From the NCBI GenBank assembly GCA_038229875.1, contig JBBROA010000003.1, forward strand, positions 1,465 through 65,464: 64,000 nt of DNA. Direction: 5' to 3'. The notes below the pieces were generated by a model. That model did not search any database. It was not told the origin of the DNA and saw only the letters and a program-made list of their open reading frames with translations. The translations under genes were made by a program, and so were the position numbers. Below are positions 1-7,657 of this stretch, piece by piece. Each line of letters begins with the position of its first letter. Position 1 is the first letter of the stretch. The DNA comes from Thermoanaerobaculia bacterium (GTDB taxonomy: Bacteria; Acidobacteriota; Thermoanaerobaculia; UBA5066; Gp7-AA6).

Positions 1-746
1 TACCTGCGGTTGACCTCCACGTTGGTGGGAAACAGATCGGAGTTGATTGCGCGGATGGGGGCCTTGATCTCGCGCAGCGCCGGCAGCGGGTCGTAGGTCA
101 CGCTGGAGCGGGCGGAGGCCACGCCAATCTCCTGCGGCACCGACAGCGCCGTTTCCAGTACGCGCGCCTTGACGGGCTCGGGCGTGCTCGCCGAGAAAAG
201 GAGTTGCGACATGTAGGCGGTGAGGTTGGCCCGGTAGTTGGCCTGCAGCTCCGACAGGGACTTCTCCAACTCCTCAGCCGCGGGCCTCTTCTGCTCGAAG
301 TCCACCAGCGTGTCCACGAGCACCAGGCCCGCCACCCGGCCCGGCATACGGCGCGCGGCCTCCAGGACTACAGGCCCGCCAATGGAGTGGCCGATGAGCA
401 CCACGCGCTTCAAGCCCAGCGTCTCGACCACCGACACCACGTCCTGGCCGAAAGCGGGCATCGTCCAGTCCTTGCGCCCGACTCCGCTCTGGCCGTGGCC
501 GGCCAGGTCGAGCGCGACCACGCGGTGCTTCGCGGCGAAGTGGGCCACCTGCCCGTCCCAGAAGCCCCGCTCGCAACCCCCGCAGTGGACGAACACCAGG
601 GCCGGATCGCCCTTGCCGGCCGCGTGATAGCGGATGGGGATCCCGTCCGGCGACGTGGCGGTGCCGGAAACGGCCCCCTGGGAGCCGGCCCTGGCCGGCG
701 GCAACAGTGCCACGAGGGCGATGGCTAGGCCGAGTGTCATCTTCAT
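1..746 (-). CDS. secreted alpha/beta-fold hydrolase, 3' end beyond window start
   Basis: Own minus-strand translation: AAGGAGG then ATG at 746; MKMTLGLAIALVALLPPARA signal peptide; VFVHCGG, LDLAGHGQS and LIGHSIGG nucleophile-elbow motifs; absent from ORF track because no stop lies inside the window. Confidence 0.75.
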   Translation of the reverse strand, partial: MKMTLGLAIALVALLPPARAGSQGAVSGTATSPDGIPIRYHAAGKGDPALVFVHCGGCERGFWDGQVAHFAAKHRVVALDLAGHGQSGVGRKDWTMPAFGQDVVSVVETLGLKRVVLIGHSIGGPVVLEAARRMPGRVAGLVLVDTLVDFEQKRPAAEELEKSLSELQANYRANLTAYMSQLLFSASTPEPVKARVLETALSVPQEIGVASARSSVTYDPLPALREIKAPIRAINSDLFPTNVEVNRR

Positions 747-830
747 CGAATCCTCCTTCGCCTCAGCGTACAACCGCGCCGAAGACAGCACTCCCCGAAG
801 CTCGCGCACACCCCCATCCGCGTCTGGTCC

Positions 831-900
831 GCCTAACGTTCCAAAGCTCAGCGGCGGCAGCGGGGTAGCCGAGGGCGTCCGCTGCAGCGCGATGTTAGGC
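831..900 (-). repeat. attC site 1 (70 bp)
   Basis: GCCTAAC-N56-GTTAGGC imperfect palindrome with GCTCAG/CTGCAG L boxes; variant centre. Confidence 0.85.
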
Positions 901-1236
901 GGCATCACCGACCGCGGCTCTTCGGCCTCTTCCCAGTAGCCAACCGAAGCCGACTCCGGCGAGTACCGCTACCCCCCAGGGCAGTGCGACTGCGAACGGC
1001 CCTACGTCAATCCATGCGTGACGCAGCCCTTCGGGATTGCGTGACTCCACCATCGTGCGCAGGATCAAAGCGGAGACAGGTAGGCCTCCGAAAAACGCAA
1101 TATCCACGGTTACCCTGACCGCCAGATTCGAAAAGCGGAGGCGAAGCCACGCCAAAACGCAGGAGCATAACGACAGTAGAACCGTGTCGAGCGCGACAGC
1201 CCGCCAGAGCGACCCGCTGATGTCGAGAGGTGTCAC
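895..1236 (-). CDS. cassette ORF, small integral membrane protein (113 aa)
   Basis: ORF track; several hydrophobic helices; stop is the TAA of the attC R'' box; GTG start only 8 nt after upstream attC, so true start is uncertain. Confidence 0.55.
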   Translation of the reverse strand: MTPLDISGSLWRAVALDTVLLSLCSCVLAWLRLRFSNLAVRVTVDIAFFGGLPVSALILRTMVESRNPEGLRHAWIDVGPFAVALPWGVAVLAGVGFGWLLGRGRRAAVGDAA

Positions 1237-1244
1237 TTGGTGCC

Positions 1245-1314
1245 GCCTAACGTCTCAAAGCTCAGCCGCGGCGACGGCGAAGCCGGCGACGTCGGCTGCA
1301 GCGCGATGTTAGGC
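1245..1314 (-). repeat. attC site 2 (70 bp, consensus type)
   Basis: GCCTAACGTCTCAAAGCTCAGCCGCGGCGACGGCGAAGCCGGCGACGTCGGCTGCAGCGCGATGTTAGGC. Confidence 0.9.
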
Positions 1315-1674
1315 GTCAGGCGCATCCGTCGCATCTGCCGGAACCTCAGAAAGGACGGCCCGTGCATCGCCTTCTTCGTCCCGATCCACCTGAAGAAGTA
1401 TGGGACCGATCGTGATGTTGAACCCTGCCCCGACCCTCCCCGCGCCGAAAAGATCCTGCAGGCCGTCACCCTTAACCCAGTAATCAACTCCGGCTGAATC
1501 CAGCAGAGACTTTGCCATCTCCATCCGAATCGGATCTCCGGTCGCGAGGACCGTCACAATCTCGAGTGGCGGAGGCTCAGGCGGTGTGGGCGGCGGCTCG
1601 ACCAACGCCACATCGCAATCCGCGCAGCGGACGATTCCGGACTGGTACTCGTCACCGCAGCTTGGGCAGATCAT
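1309..1674 (-). CDS. cassette ORF, zinc-ribbon plus DUF2007-like protein (121 aa)
   Basis: CPSCGDEY..RCADCDV CxxC pairs, then IVTVLATGDPIRMEMAKSLLDSAGVDYWVKG resembling the DUF2007 fold; stop in attC R'' TAA. Confidence 0.65.
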   Translation of the reverse strand: MICPSCGDEYQSGIVRCADCDVALVEPPPTPPEPPPLEIVTVLATGDPIRMEMAKSLLDSAGVDYWVKGDGLQDLFGAGRVGAGFNITIGPILLQVDRDEEGDARAVLSEVPADATDAPDA

Positions 1675-1697
1675 TCCGGGCAGATAACCCTTCTGAC

Positions 1698-1767
1698 GCC
1701 TAACGTCCCAAAGCTCAGCCGCGGCGACGGCGAAGCCGGCGACGTCGGCTGCAGCGCGATGTTAGGC
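1698..1767 (-). repeat. attC site 3 (70 bp, consensus type)
   Basis: One mismatch to attC 2; GCCTAAC..GTTAGGC cores. Confidence 0.9.
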
Positions 1768-1776
1768 CGCTGCGCG

Positions 1777-2169
1777 TTACTCATTCCAATGGAACTCGGC
1801 CGTGTCGCCAGCAAAGACGATGAAGGAGTTCGTGTTGCTGATGAAAAGGTAGTGACAAAACGCATTCTCGGGCAAGCCGGCTGGCATCGCCAGCGTCGTA
1901 CTTGCGCGTGGGTCAGGGAAAGGGCCGTCCGAGGTGACCCAGAGCCCTAGTGGCAATTCCTGTTGATAGAGTTTACAGGGTGTTTCGGTTGCAAACGAGT
2001 GGAGGCCACGTACCTCCAAATTGCCGCGCTGAAACACCAAGTCGCTGCCCCTGACCCCGATAGGCACTGCCATGGCAAACCGGGCGCGCCGATTCGCGAA
2101 ATCGATCGCCACTGACTCGATCTGCGAGTGCCTCTGGATATCGATCGCCAAGAAGGGCATCGAGCTCAA
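1777..2169 (-). CDS. cassette ORF, hypothetical protein (130 aa)
   Basis: Only sizeable ORF filling cassette 1768-2199 in array orientation; no family recognised. Confidence 0.5.
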   Translation of the reverse strand: MSSMPFLAIDIQRHSQIESVAIDFANRRARFAMAVPIGVRGSDLVFQRGNLEVRGLHSFATETPCKLYQQELPLGLWVTSDGPFPDPRASTTLAMPAGLPENAFCHYLFISNTNSFIVFAGDTAEFHWNE

Positions 2170-2199
2170 GAGTTTTCGTGACGGCAGGCAACTTCAGCG

Positions 2200-2269
2200 G
2201 CCTAACGTCTCAAAGCTCAGCGGCGACGGCGGCGAAGCCGGCGACGTCCGCTGCAGCGCGATGTTAGGC
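2200..2269 (-). repeat. attC site 4 (70 bp)
   Basis: GCCTAAC..GTTAGGC; CAGCGG/CCGCTG stem variant shared with the other ORF-less cassettes. Confidence 0.9.
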
Positions 2270-2441
2270 GGTGCGCAGATTTGTAGGCCAGGACCAGACT
2301 CTCGCCACCTGGCCGCCCGAGGCGGCCCCTCTCCGACGCGTGGAGACTTCAGCCCTCTCCCGGCGGTATCCGCGATCACACCGCACCCTTGACCCTTGCG
2401 GCCGGCTGCCCAAGCCTCGATGCTGAAGACGACTCGCAACC
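2270..2441 (-). other. ORF-less 172-bp integron cassette, copy A of 4
   Basis: Aligns without indels to 8150-8321, 8392-8563 and 9018-9189; no conserved ORF; substitutions show no codon periodicity. Confidence 0.75.
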
Positions 2442-2511
2442 GCCTAACGGTCGGCGGCTCAGCGGCGACGGCGGCGAAGCCGACGGCGTCCGCTGCAGCC
2501 GCGGGTTAGGC
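2442..2511 (-). repeat. attC site 5 (70 bp, type 2)
   Basis: GCCTAACGGTCGGCGGCTCAGCGGCGACGGCGGCGAAGCCGACGGCGTCCGCTGCAGCCGCGGGTTAGGC. Confidence 0.9.
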
Positions 2512-2515
2512 CGCA

Positions 2516-3439
2516 TCAATATCCGTCCCAGGCGGCCCGTGTCCATCGTCCAAAACCGCGGTGGCTGTCTATCGCCGCAAGAGCGCGACCTGAGCTTGTA
2601 GACGGAAAGTGAAGACTTCTGGATACCGTTTGGTTGCCATCCACGTAGATGTCCTGCCGAACCCAACTGTTGCTTTCGTAGTGCAAATGAACCGCTGCGA
2701 ACTGTTCCGGGTAGCCGATACTCGGCCAGCGCACTGCAGGGGCGGTTATATAGTCCTCGACAGGAAAGCTGCTCGGTATTCCGTACCAGGGTCGTAAGTG
2801 AATTCCAGCGCCATAGAAACGGCCGCCGTTGATGGGCGGGTTGCTCCCCACGAACTCGTTTGCCACTACCCAGTCGCCGCCGCGGGCGGCATCCACGCTC
2901 AGAGATTGCAGCTGGCCGTCCGGGGAGTAGGTCGCCGCGAAAACGGCAACCCCTGGGTGGGCCCGCACGATCCTCACCAGGCTGACAGCGACCAGCTGGG
3001 CGGCCGATTCGGCCGGGACGGTCGCCGTCAGGGTCGGGAGGTCTGAGCTCACCAGCTTCGAATAGCTGTTGACTTCAAAACCGGTCGCCTGACCTCGGTA
3101 CCTGGAATCGTAGAAGTAGGTCGATTTCGCATAGACCGAACCGAATTCGCCACGAAGGAGCTCTTCGTTCTTACCTCGTTCAATCAAGCGGTATTGACGG
3201 TCCGTGAGGAAGGAGTTTCTGAGAGGGTACCTGCCACCCGTTTCCGCGCCGTATTCTGCGATCTGATGACCGGATAAAGCGAGATCGTCTCGGAATCCCT
3301 CTCGCAGTTGATTGCCAGAGGATTGAATCCGATCATGCATGACGAGGGTTGCTGTGGTCGAATCGATCGAAACGGAGCGGTACCACCCACCTGGACCGAC
3401 TCGACAGGCGAGAAGAACAACCGAGACCAAGAGACACAT
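2516..3439 (-). CDS. cassette ORF, putative lipoprotein or secreted protein (307 aa)
   Basis: Track ORF 2516..3577 trimmed to first in-cassette ATG (MCLLVSVVLLAC...); the frame stays open through upstream attC to ATG 3577. Confidence 0.6.
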   Translation of the reverse strand: MCLLVSVVLLACRVGPGGWYRSVSIDSTTATLVMHDRIQSSGNQLREGFRDDLALSGHQIAEYGAETGGRYPLRNSFLTDRQYRLIERGKNEELLRGEFGSVYAKSTYFYDSRYRGQATGFEVNSYSKLVSSDLPTLTATVPAESAAQLVAVSLVRIVRAHPGVAVFAATYSPDGQLQSLSVDAARGGDWVVANEFVGSNPPINGGRFYGAGIHLRPWYGIPSSFPVEDYITAPAVRWPSIGYPEQFAAVHLHYESNSWVRQDIYVDGNQTVSRSLHFPSTSSGRALAAIDSHRGFGRWTRAAWDGY

Positions 3440-3484
3440 CGCCGAGGGCGCGGGCAGGTGCCGGCTCTGTTGATTGTCCGTGCG

Positions 3485-3554
3485 GCCTAACGGCTGGCGG
3501 CTCAGCGGCGACGGCGGCGAAGCCGACGGCGTCCGCTGCAGCCGCGGGTTAGGC
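3485..3554 (-). repeat. attC site 6 (70 bp, type 2)
   Basis: Near-identical to attC 5. Confidence 0.9.
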
Positions 3555-3573
3555 CGCCTTGCCAACCCGAGGT

Positions 3574-3825
3574 TCATGGCTCTCCCCGAAAGCGACGCTG
3601 GGCGCTTCGAGCGCTTAGAAAAGCGCCAACCGCATAAAGCATGGCCCAGACTAAGTCGCCTCTGACGTTCTGCCGAGTGAGTGCCGGGCTAAAAAGCTTT
3701 CTGCTGTTCATCAGAAATGGTATCGCGTCGCACACCAGCAGAATTGCTGCAATCGCCAACACTACGGAGAGCGCCAGCATGCCGATCGCGACCAGCCGGC
3801 CGGAGAACTCGAGGTTTGGTTTCAT
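3574..3825 (-). CDS. cassette ORF, small 2-TM membrane protein (83 aa)
   Basis: ORF track; two hydrophobic helices (LVAIGMLALSVVLAIAAILLV; LVWAMLYAVGAFL). Confidence 0.55.
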   Translation of the reverse strand: MKPNLEFSGRLVAIGMLALSVVLAIAAILLVCDAIPFLMNSRKLFSPALTRQNVRGDLVWAMLYAVGAFLSARSAQRRFRGEP

Positions 3826-3848
3826 ACGGCGAGGGATCGCTCCTGGCG

Positions 3849-3918
3849 GCCTAACGTCCCAAAGCTCAGCCGCGGCGGCGGCGAAGCCGACGACGTCGGC
3901 TGCAGCGCGATGTTAGGC
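3849..3918 (-). repeat. attC site 7 (70 bp)
   Basis: GCCTAAC..GTTAGGC, consensus type with CGGCGGCGGCGAAGCCGACGACG centre. Confidence 0.9.
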
Positions 3919-3925
3919 GTCACGC

Positions 3926-4300
3926 TTACCATGTCCCGTCAGTTGAAATGATGACGTTGAGATCACCTGATTCAAGGAATTGGAAGCTCGCCGGTTGCGG
4001 CTCGAGAAAAGGATCGATCAGCTCCGCGACCTGAGCCAAACCCTCTCGATCCTGCACCCAGCGGAACTCATGGGTGCCGATCCGCCTTACCCCCGGCCGC
4101 CCTTCAACGTTTGTCATCATCAGCGCGCAACCATTCTTGCCGGTGACGCCGGGAAGTTCTCCGGCCAAGATTTCTTGATCGCGCTCAGCCGACAGACGAC
4201 TCGCCGCGTCACGAAGAGCTGCCACGCTCTGGGGTTCGAGGTCGCTAATCAGGATGGCAGGCGTATCCGCGCAGCGTTTCGAAATGAACTCAAGCGTCAT
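3926..4300 (-). CDS. cassette ORF, hypothetical cytoplasmic protein (124 aa)
   Basis: Fills cassette 3919-4314 in array orientation; no family recognised. Confidence 0.55.
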   Translation of the reverse strand: MTLEFISKRCADTPAILISDLEPQSVAALRDAASRLSAERDQEILAGELPGVTGKNGCALMMTNVEGRPGVRRIGTHEFRWVQDREGLAQVAELIDPFLEPQPASFQFLESGDLNVIISTDGTW

Positions 4301-4314
4301 GGGACCTTCGTGAC

Positions 4315-4384
4315 GCCTAACGTCACAAAGCTCAGCCGCGGCGACGGCGAAGCCGGCGACGTCGGCTGCAGCGCGATGTTAGGC
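4315..4384 (-). repeat. attC site 8 (70 bp)
   Basis: Consensus type. Confidence 0.9.
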
Positions 4385-4756
4385 CGCGGCAGTTTCACGT
4401 TGCTGTCTCCGATGTCGCTCGATCAGGTGACGGGTTCCAACGATCATCAAATAGAGGGCCACCGCCCAAATGACCAACTCGACAAAGGTTGCCAGCGCTA
4501 GGTACTTGCCGTTCGCTTCGTAGTGCGACAGATCGAAGCGAAATCCGAAGACTCGAAGAACGCGAGCCGCAAGCATGCTGGGACTCCAGCGCGAAAGACT
4601 CTGAACCCAACTGGGAGCTGGGCCCGCGAGGTACAGCGCGAATCGATGCTCGGGGTCGAGCCGTGCTGATGCAAGCAGCCAGAGGTAGTCCCATGCCGCG
4701 GCCGCGACCAAACAGGCTCCAGCCAGCCTCCATCCGGACGTCCTTCTAAAGCCCAT
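4379..4756 (-). CDS. cassette ORF, membrane protein (125 aa)
   Basis: ORF track; hydrophobic segments; stop in attC R'' TAA. Confidence 0.55.
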   Translation of the reverse strand: MGFRRTSGWRLAGACLVAAAAWDYLWLLASARLDPEHRFALYLAGPAPSWVQSLSRWSPSMLAARVLRVFGFRFDLSHYEANGKYLALATFVELVIWAVALYLMIVGTRHLIERHRRQQRETAAA

Positions 4757-4772
4757 CAGAAAACCTTCCGCG

Positions 4773-4842
4773 GCCTAACGTCCCAAAGCTCAGCCGCGGC
4801 GACGGCAACGCCGGCGACGTCGGCTGCAGCGCGATGTTAGGC
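4773..4842 (-). repeat. attC site 9 (70 bp)
   Basis: Consensus type. Confidence 0.9.
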
Positions 4843-5253
4843 CGGGGCATGAGTACTTCCTCTTTGGGGCTCGCCGGGTTCAACCGAAACCGAGACTCGT
4901 TGCGCCTCCAGGAACCCAGCAATGCCGTAGCACGGGTACAGGGTCACCCGAACTGCCTTTTCACTCACCTCGCATCCAAGACCAAAGATCGCGTTTTGAG
5001 TGCTGAAGTCGGCCAACTCTAGGTCCAAAACTCTCTCAAACGAGAACGTTACAACCGCGTGCCGATCAAGAACAAAACAGCCGGCCGCATTGATCTCCTC
5101 GGTCATGCGCCAAACATGAAGGCGCAGCCTTGATTGGCCTTCGCGACGCAGACTGAGTTCCAGCACTTCAGCATCATGGAAACTGGGCCAGCCGCCGAAC
5201 CACTCGACCAGCTGCTTCGCCCCGGGGATCGACGGCGCAAGAAGATCAGCCAT
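4837..5253 (-). CDS. cassette ORF, Imm50-like immunity protein (138 aa)
   Basis: LVEWFGGWPSFHDAEVLELSL... and ...VVTFSFERVLDLELADFSTQNAIFGL match my memory of the Imm50 (polymorphic-toxin immunity) signature; stop in attC R'' TAA. Confidence 0.6.
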   Translation of the reverse strand: MADLLAPSIPGAKQLVEWFGGWPSFHDAEVLELSLRREGQSRLRLHVWRMTEEINAAGCFVLDRHAVVTFSFERVLDLELADFSTQNAIFGLGCEVSEKAVRVTLYPCYGIAGFLEAQRVSVSVEPGEPQRGSTHAPA

Positions 5254-5263
5254 AACTTCCGCG

Positions 5264-5333
5264 GCCTAACGGCTTAGCGCTCAGCCGCGGCGGCGGCGGA
5301 GCCGACGACGTCGGCTGCAGCGCGATGTTAGGC
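5264..5333 (-). repeat. attC site 10 (70 bp)
   Basis: GCCTAACGGCTTAGCGCTCAGCCG...GTTAGGC. Confidence 0.9.
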
Positions 5334-5765
5334 ACCGGCCGTCTCCGCTGAATCTGCGTCGGAAATGATGTAGTGAGAAAGGTCAATGCCGATACCAAGG
5401 TTGCCTGCGAGGGCGAGAAGAGGCGCAGGGAGCTGGTCAGTCTGAGCGACGACATCTTCCCAGGCAAGCCCAAAGTCGAGGACCGACCCTTCGACCCCCG
5501 GGAAACTTACGATCCTCCGCAACTCAGCCGCGTGTTGCTCCAGAAATTGGACGGCATCTGTCACCGACCGGTCGAACTCGTGGAAATCTCGATCGGACAC
5601 GTCGAAATGAGCGCACGACACCTCGAAATGAGCGCCCTTCCTCTCGAAGATTCGCTGACGCCGCAGCTCGCCTCTTCGATCGACCCTGTACGGTTCGAGT
5701 GCTGTGAGCTTCGCGAGTTCGTCCACCGCTAGCTCGTGTCCCCACACTCTGAGAATGCAGGTCAT
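5328..5765 (-). CDS. cassette ORF, DUF4279-like protein (145 aa)
   Basis: N-terminal CILRVWGHELAVDELAKLTALEPYRVDRRGE pattern is typical of DUF4279; stop in attC R'' TAA. Confidence 0.5.
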   Translation of the reverse strand: MTCILRVWGHELAVDELAKLTALEPYRVDRRGELRRQRIFERKGAHFEVSCAHFDVSDRDFHEFDRSVTDAVQFLEQHAAELRRIVSFPGVEGSVLDFGLAWEDVVAQTDQLPAPLLALAGNLGIGIDLSHYIISDADSAETAGA

Positions 5766-5779
5766 AGGCTCCTTCCGGT

Positions 5780-5855
5780 GCCTAACGGCCTGCGCGTCAG
5801 CGGCGAGTGAGGAGGCGAAGCCGACGAACGAGTCCGCTGCACGCGCGTGTTAGGC
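5780..5855 (-). repeat. attC site 11 (76 bp, divergent centre)
   Basis: GCCTAACGGCCTGCGCGTCAGCGG...CCGCTGCACGCGCGTGTTAGGC. Confidence 0.8.
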
Positions 5856-5898
5856 CACGGCGCAACGTGGTCCGTGAGCGAGCAGGGCTTCCGGTCCG

Positions 5899-6198
5899 TC
5901 ATTCGCCTTCTACCACTGTTGCTACCCCGGTTGTCGTATTCACACGGACCAGCCAGTGATAGCCGGGTCGCGCGAACTTCTTCGTGCCCTGAATAAGAAA
6001 CTCCCAGTGAGCGGGGCTACCCGCTGCTTGCTTTACCGAGTACGTCTTCACGGTTTGCTTCGTGTACTTCAGAAATGCCTCCTCGGCAATTCGTCGGGCA
6101 TCTCTGGCGTCGGGAGGCCAGTGCGCCGCCGATGGTGTAGGTGTTGGCTGCGAGGCGATCGGCGTCGCGACCACTGGGGCGATCTGGAACAGCCCCAA
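5899..6198 (-). CDS. cassette ORF, small exported protein; start unresolved
   Basis: Track ORF 5899..6300 crosses attC 12; no in-cassette ATG, first alternative is TTG at 6198; hydrophobic IGAVVLLGLFQIAPVVA follows the attC-encoded stretch. Confidence 0.45.
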   Translation of the reverse strand: MGLFQIAPVVATPIASQPTPTPSAAHWPPDARDARRIAEEAFLKYTKQTVKTYSVKQAAGSPAHWEFLIQGTKKFARPGYHWLVRVNTTTGVATVVEGE

Positions 6199-6228
6199 GA
6201 GAACGACCGCACCTATACGACTTCCGTG

Positions 6229-6289
6229 GCCTAACGGCTTGCGGCTCAGCGGCGCCCGCGAGGGCGTCCGCTGCAGCCGCGGGTTAGGC
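6229..6289 (-). repeat. attC site 12 (61 bp, short type)
   Basis: GCCTAACGGCTTGCGGCTCAGCGGCGCCCGCGAGGGCGTCCGCTGCAGCCGCGGGTTAGGC. Confidence 0.85.
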
Positions 6290-6296
6290 GGCTGGC

Positions 6297-7019
6297 TCAC
6301 CGTCGCCCCGCCTTTCGGAAAGCGATCTGGAAGACTTCACTTACAAGCCAAGATCGTAGGTGCGTCCCGGCCAGCCTGTCCTTTTGGCCGAACCTGGTCG
6401 GTGCAAGCGACGCCAAGGCCCGGCCAATGTCGGGCTCATAGGTCTGATAAGTCGTGCCGGACCGGCTTACCTTCCAAGGAATCATGAAGGCCTGTTGAGC
6501 AGAGGACGAGAGACTCACCGTCGTTCCGTCGGCAAGGCCCACCACCGCGGACACGTGAGGGTAGTCATCAGTCCACCAGTGTCCTGGGGCGTAGTACTCA
6601 TCCAGAAGTCGGGAAATCAGTTCCACATCAGCTCGGGCGGCCTCGAATTCTTCCCGAACTCGCGGTGCCGCGTAAGTTGAATATAGCGCGTGGTGTACAC
6701 CACTATTCGCGATCCGAATATCCTGCGGCGTAGCCGTCTGAAGCCAGGAAACGAGGTCCGCGAGATCGCTTCCATGAAATTGCGGCTTCGGCGCTGTCTT
6801 CAAGCCTCGTAGCAATAGAGCCACAGCCTCCGAGCACTCCGCATGGTCACAGGCGACCGTGTATTCAGCGGGGTCGGGCGGAGTTGGGGTCGGACACGAG
6901 TCGTCTCCGCCCGCCGGCCGCGTTTCGATCACGCTAAGACCTTGCCAAGATGACGCGACGTGGATCCTGATCTGCTGGCTAGCAGATTGCGAGATCGCGT
7001 TGGCGGTTGACAAGGCCAT
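6297..7019 (-). CDS. cassette ORF, hypothetical exported protein (240 aa from ATG 7019)
   Basis: Track ORF 6297..7331 trimmed to first in-cassette ATG; the frame is open across attC 13 to ATG 7145. Confidence 0.55.
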   Translation of the reverse strand: MALSTANAISQSASQQIRIHVASSWQGLSVIETRPAGGDDSCPTPTPPDPAEYTVACDHAECSEAVALLLRGLKTAPKPQFHGSDLADLVSWLQTATPQDIRIANSGVHHALYSTYAAPRVREEFEAARADVELISRLLDEYYAPGHWWTDDYPHVSAVVGLADGTTVSLSSSAQQAFMIPWKVSRSGTTYQTYEPDIGRALASLAPTRFGQKDRLAGTHLRSWLVSEVFQIAFRKAGRR

Positions 7020-7061
7020 TGCAAGGCCCGTTGCGAGAGCAATCCCATGACTCGTGTGGCC

Positions 7062-7131
7062 GCCTAACGTCCCAAAGCTCAGCCGCGGCGACGGCGAAGC
7101 CGGCGACGTCGGCTGCAGCGCGATGTTAGGC
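7062..7131 (-). repeat. attC site 13 (70 bp)
   Basis: Consensus type. Confidence 0.9.
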
Positions 7132-7137
7132 CGAGCG

Positions 7138-7584
7138 CTACCCATGTGGCTCCCACATCCGAGCGATCGCCTTCGCCAACATCGGCGGCAAGCAATCACG
7201 GGCCGCGCAGAATTGTGGCTGGGTTGAGACCCATTCCACGCGAGCCCCATTTCGAAACCTGAGAAGGGCTCGAGCTGCCCGAGGTGGTTGTGCGACGCAG
7301 TCCACGCAGATGACGCAGGGCTCCGGTTCATATCGGATCACCACGTCCGCCTGGTCCGACGTGGGTGCCAGACTAGCTCCAGGCGACCATTTCAGAAGCC
7401 ACGGTCTGATCTGCTCAGCCGTATATGCGGCTGCCCAGCATTTCCCGTCCTCCACGAAGAACGATCGCGTTCGCGAGGAAGGAGGAAGAGGATGGGTTAG
7501 AGGAATTGGTCGATACGGTATGCAGCCGCTAAGGGCCGCCACGGCGGCCAGCCCGAAGACAAAGCAGTAAGGCGCCTTCGCTCG
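7138..7584 (-). CDS. cassette ORF, putative lipoprotein; start unresolved
   Basis: Track ORF 7138..7668 crosses attC 14; lipobox-like FGLAAVAALSGC just after the attC; no ATG inside the cassette. Confidence 0.5.
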   Translation of the reverse strand, partial: RAKAPYCFVFGLAAVAALSGCIPYRPIPLTHPLPPSSRTRSFFVEDGKCWAAAYTAEQIRPWLLKWSPGASLAPTSDQADVVIRYEPEPCVICVDCVAQPPRAARALLRFRNGARVEWVSTQPQFCAARDCLPPMLAKAIARMWEPHG

Positions 7585-7645
7585 GCCTAACGGATTTCGC
7601 TTCAGCGGCGAGCGCAAGCGAGTCCGCTGCAAGCGTGTGTTAGAC
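7585..7645 (-). repeat. attC site 14 (61 bp, short type, R' = GTTAGAC)
   Basis: GCCTAACGGATTTCGCTTCAGCGG...CCGCTGCAAGCGTGTGTTAGAC; stem changes are compensatory relative to the other attCs. Confidence 0.8.
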
Positions 7646-7657
7646 GGCGCCCGCCGT

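Noticed and set aside
204-728. 174-aa plus-strand ORF and its overlapping ORFs at the window start
   Set aside because: It is Arg/Gly/His-rich and antisense to a well-formed alpha/beta hydrolase gene with RBS, signal peptide and catalytic motifs.
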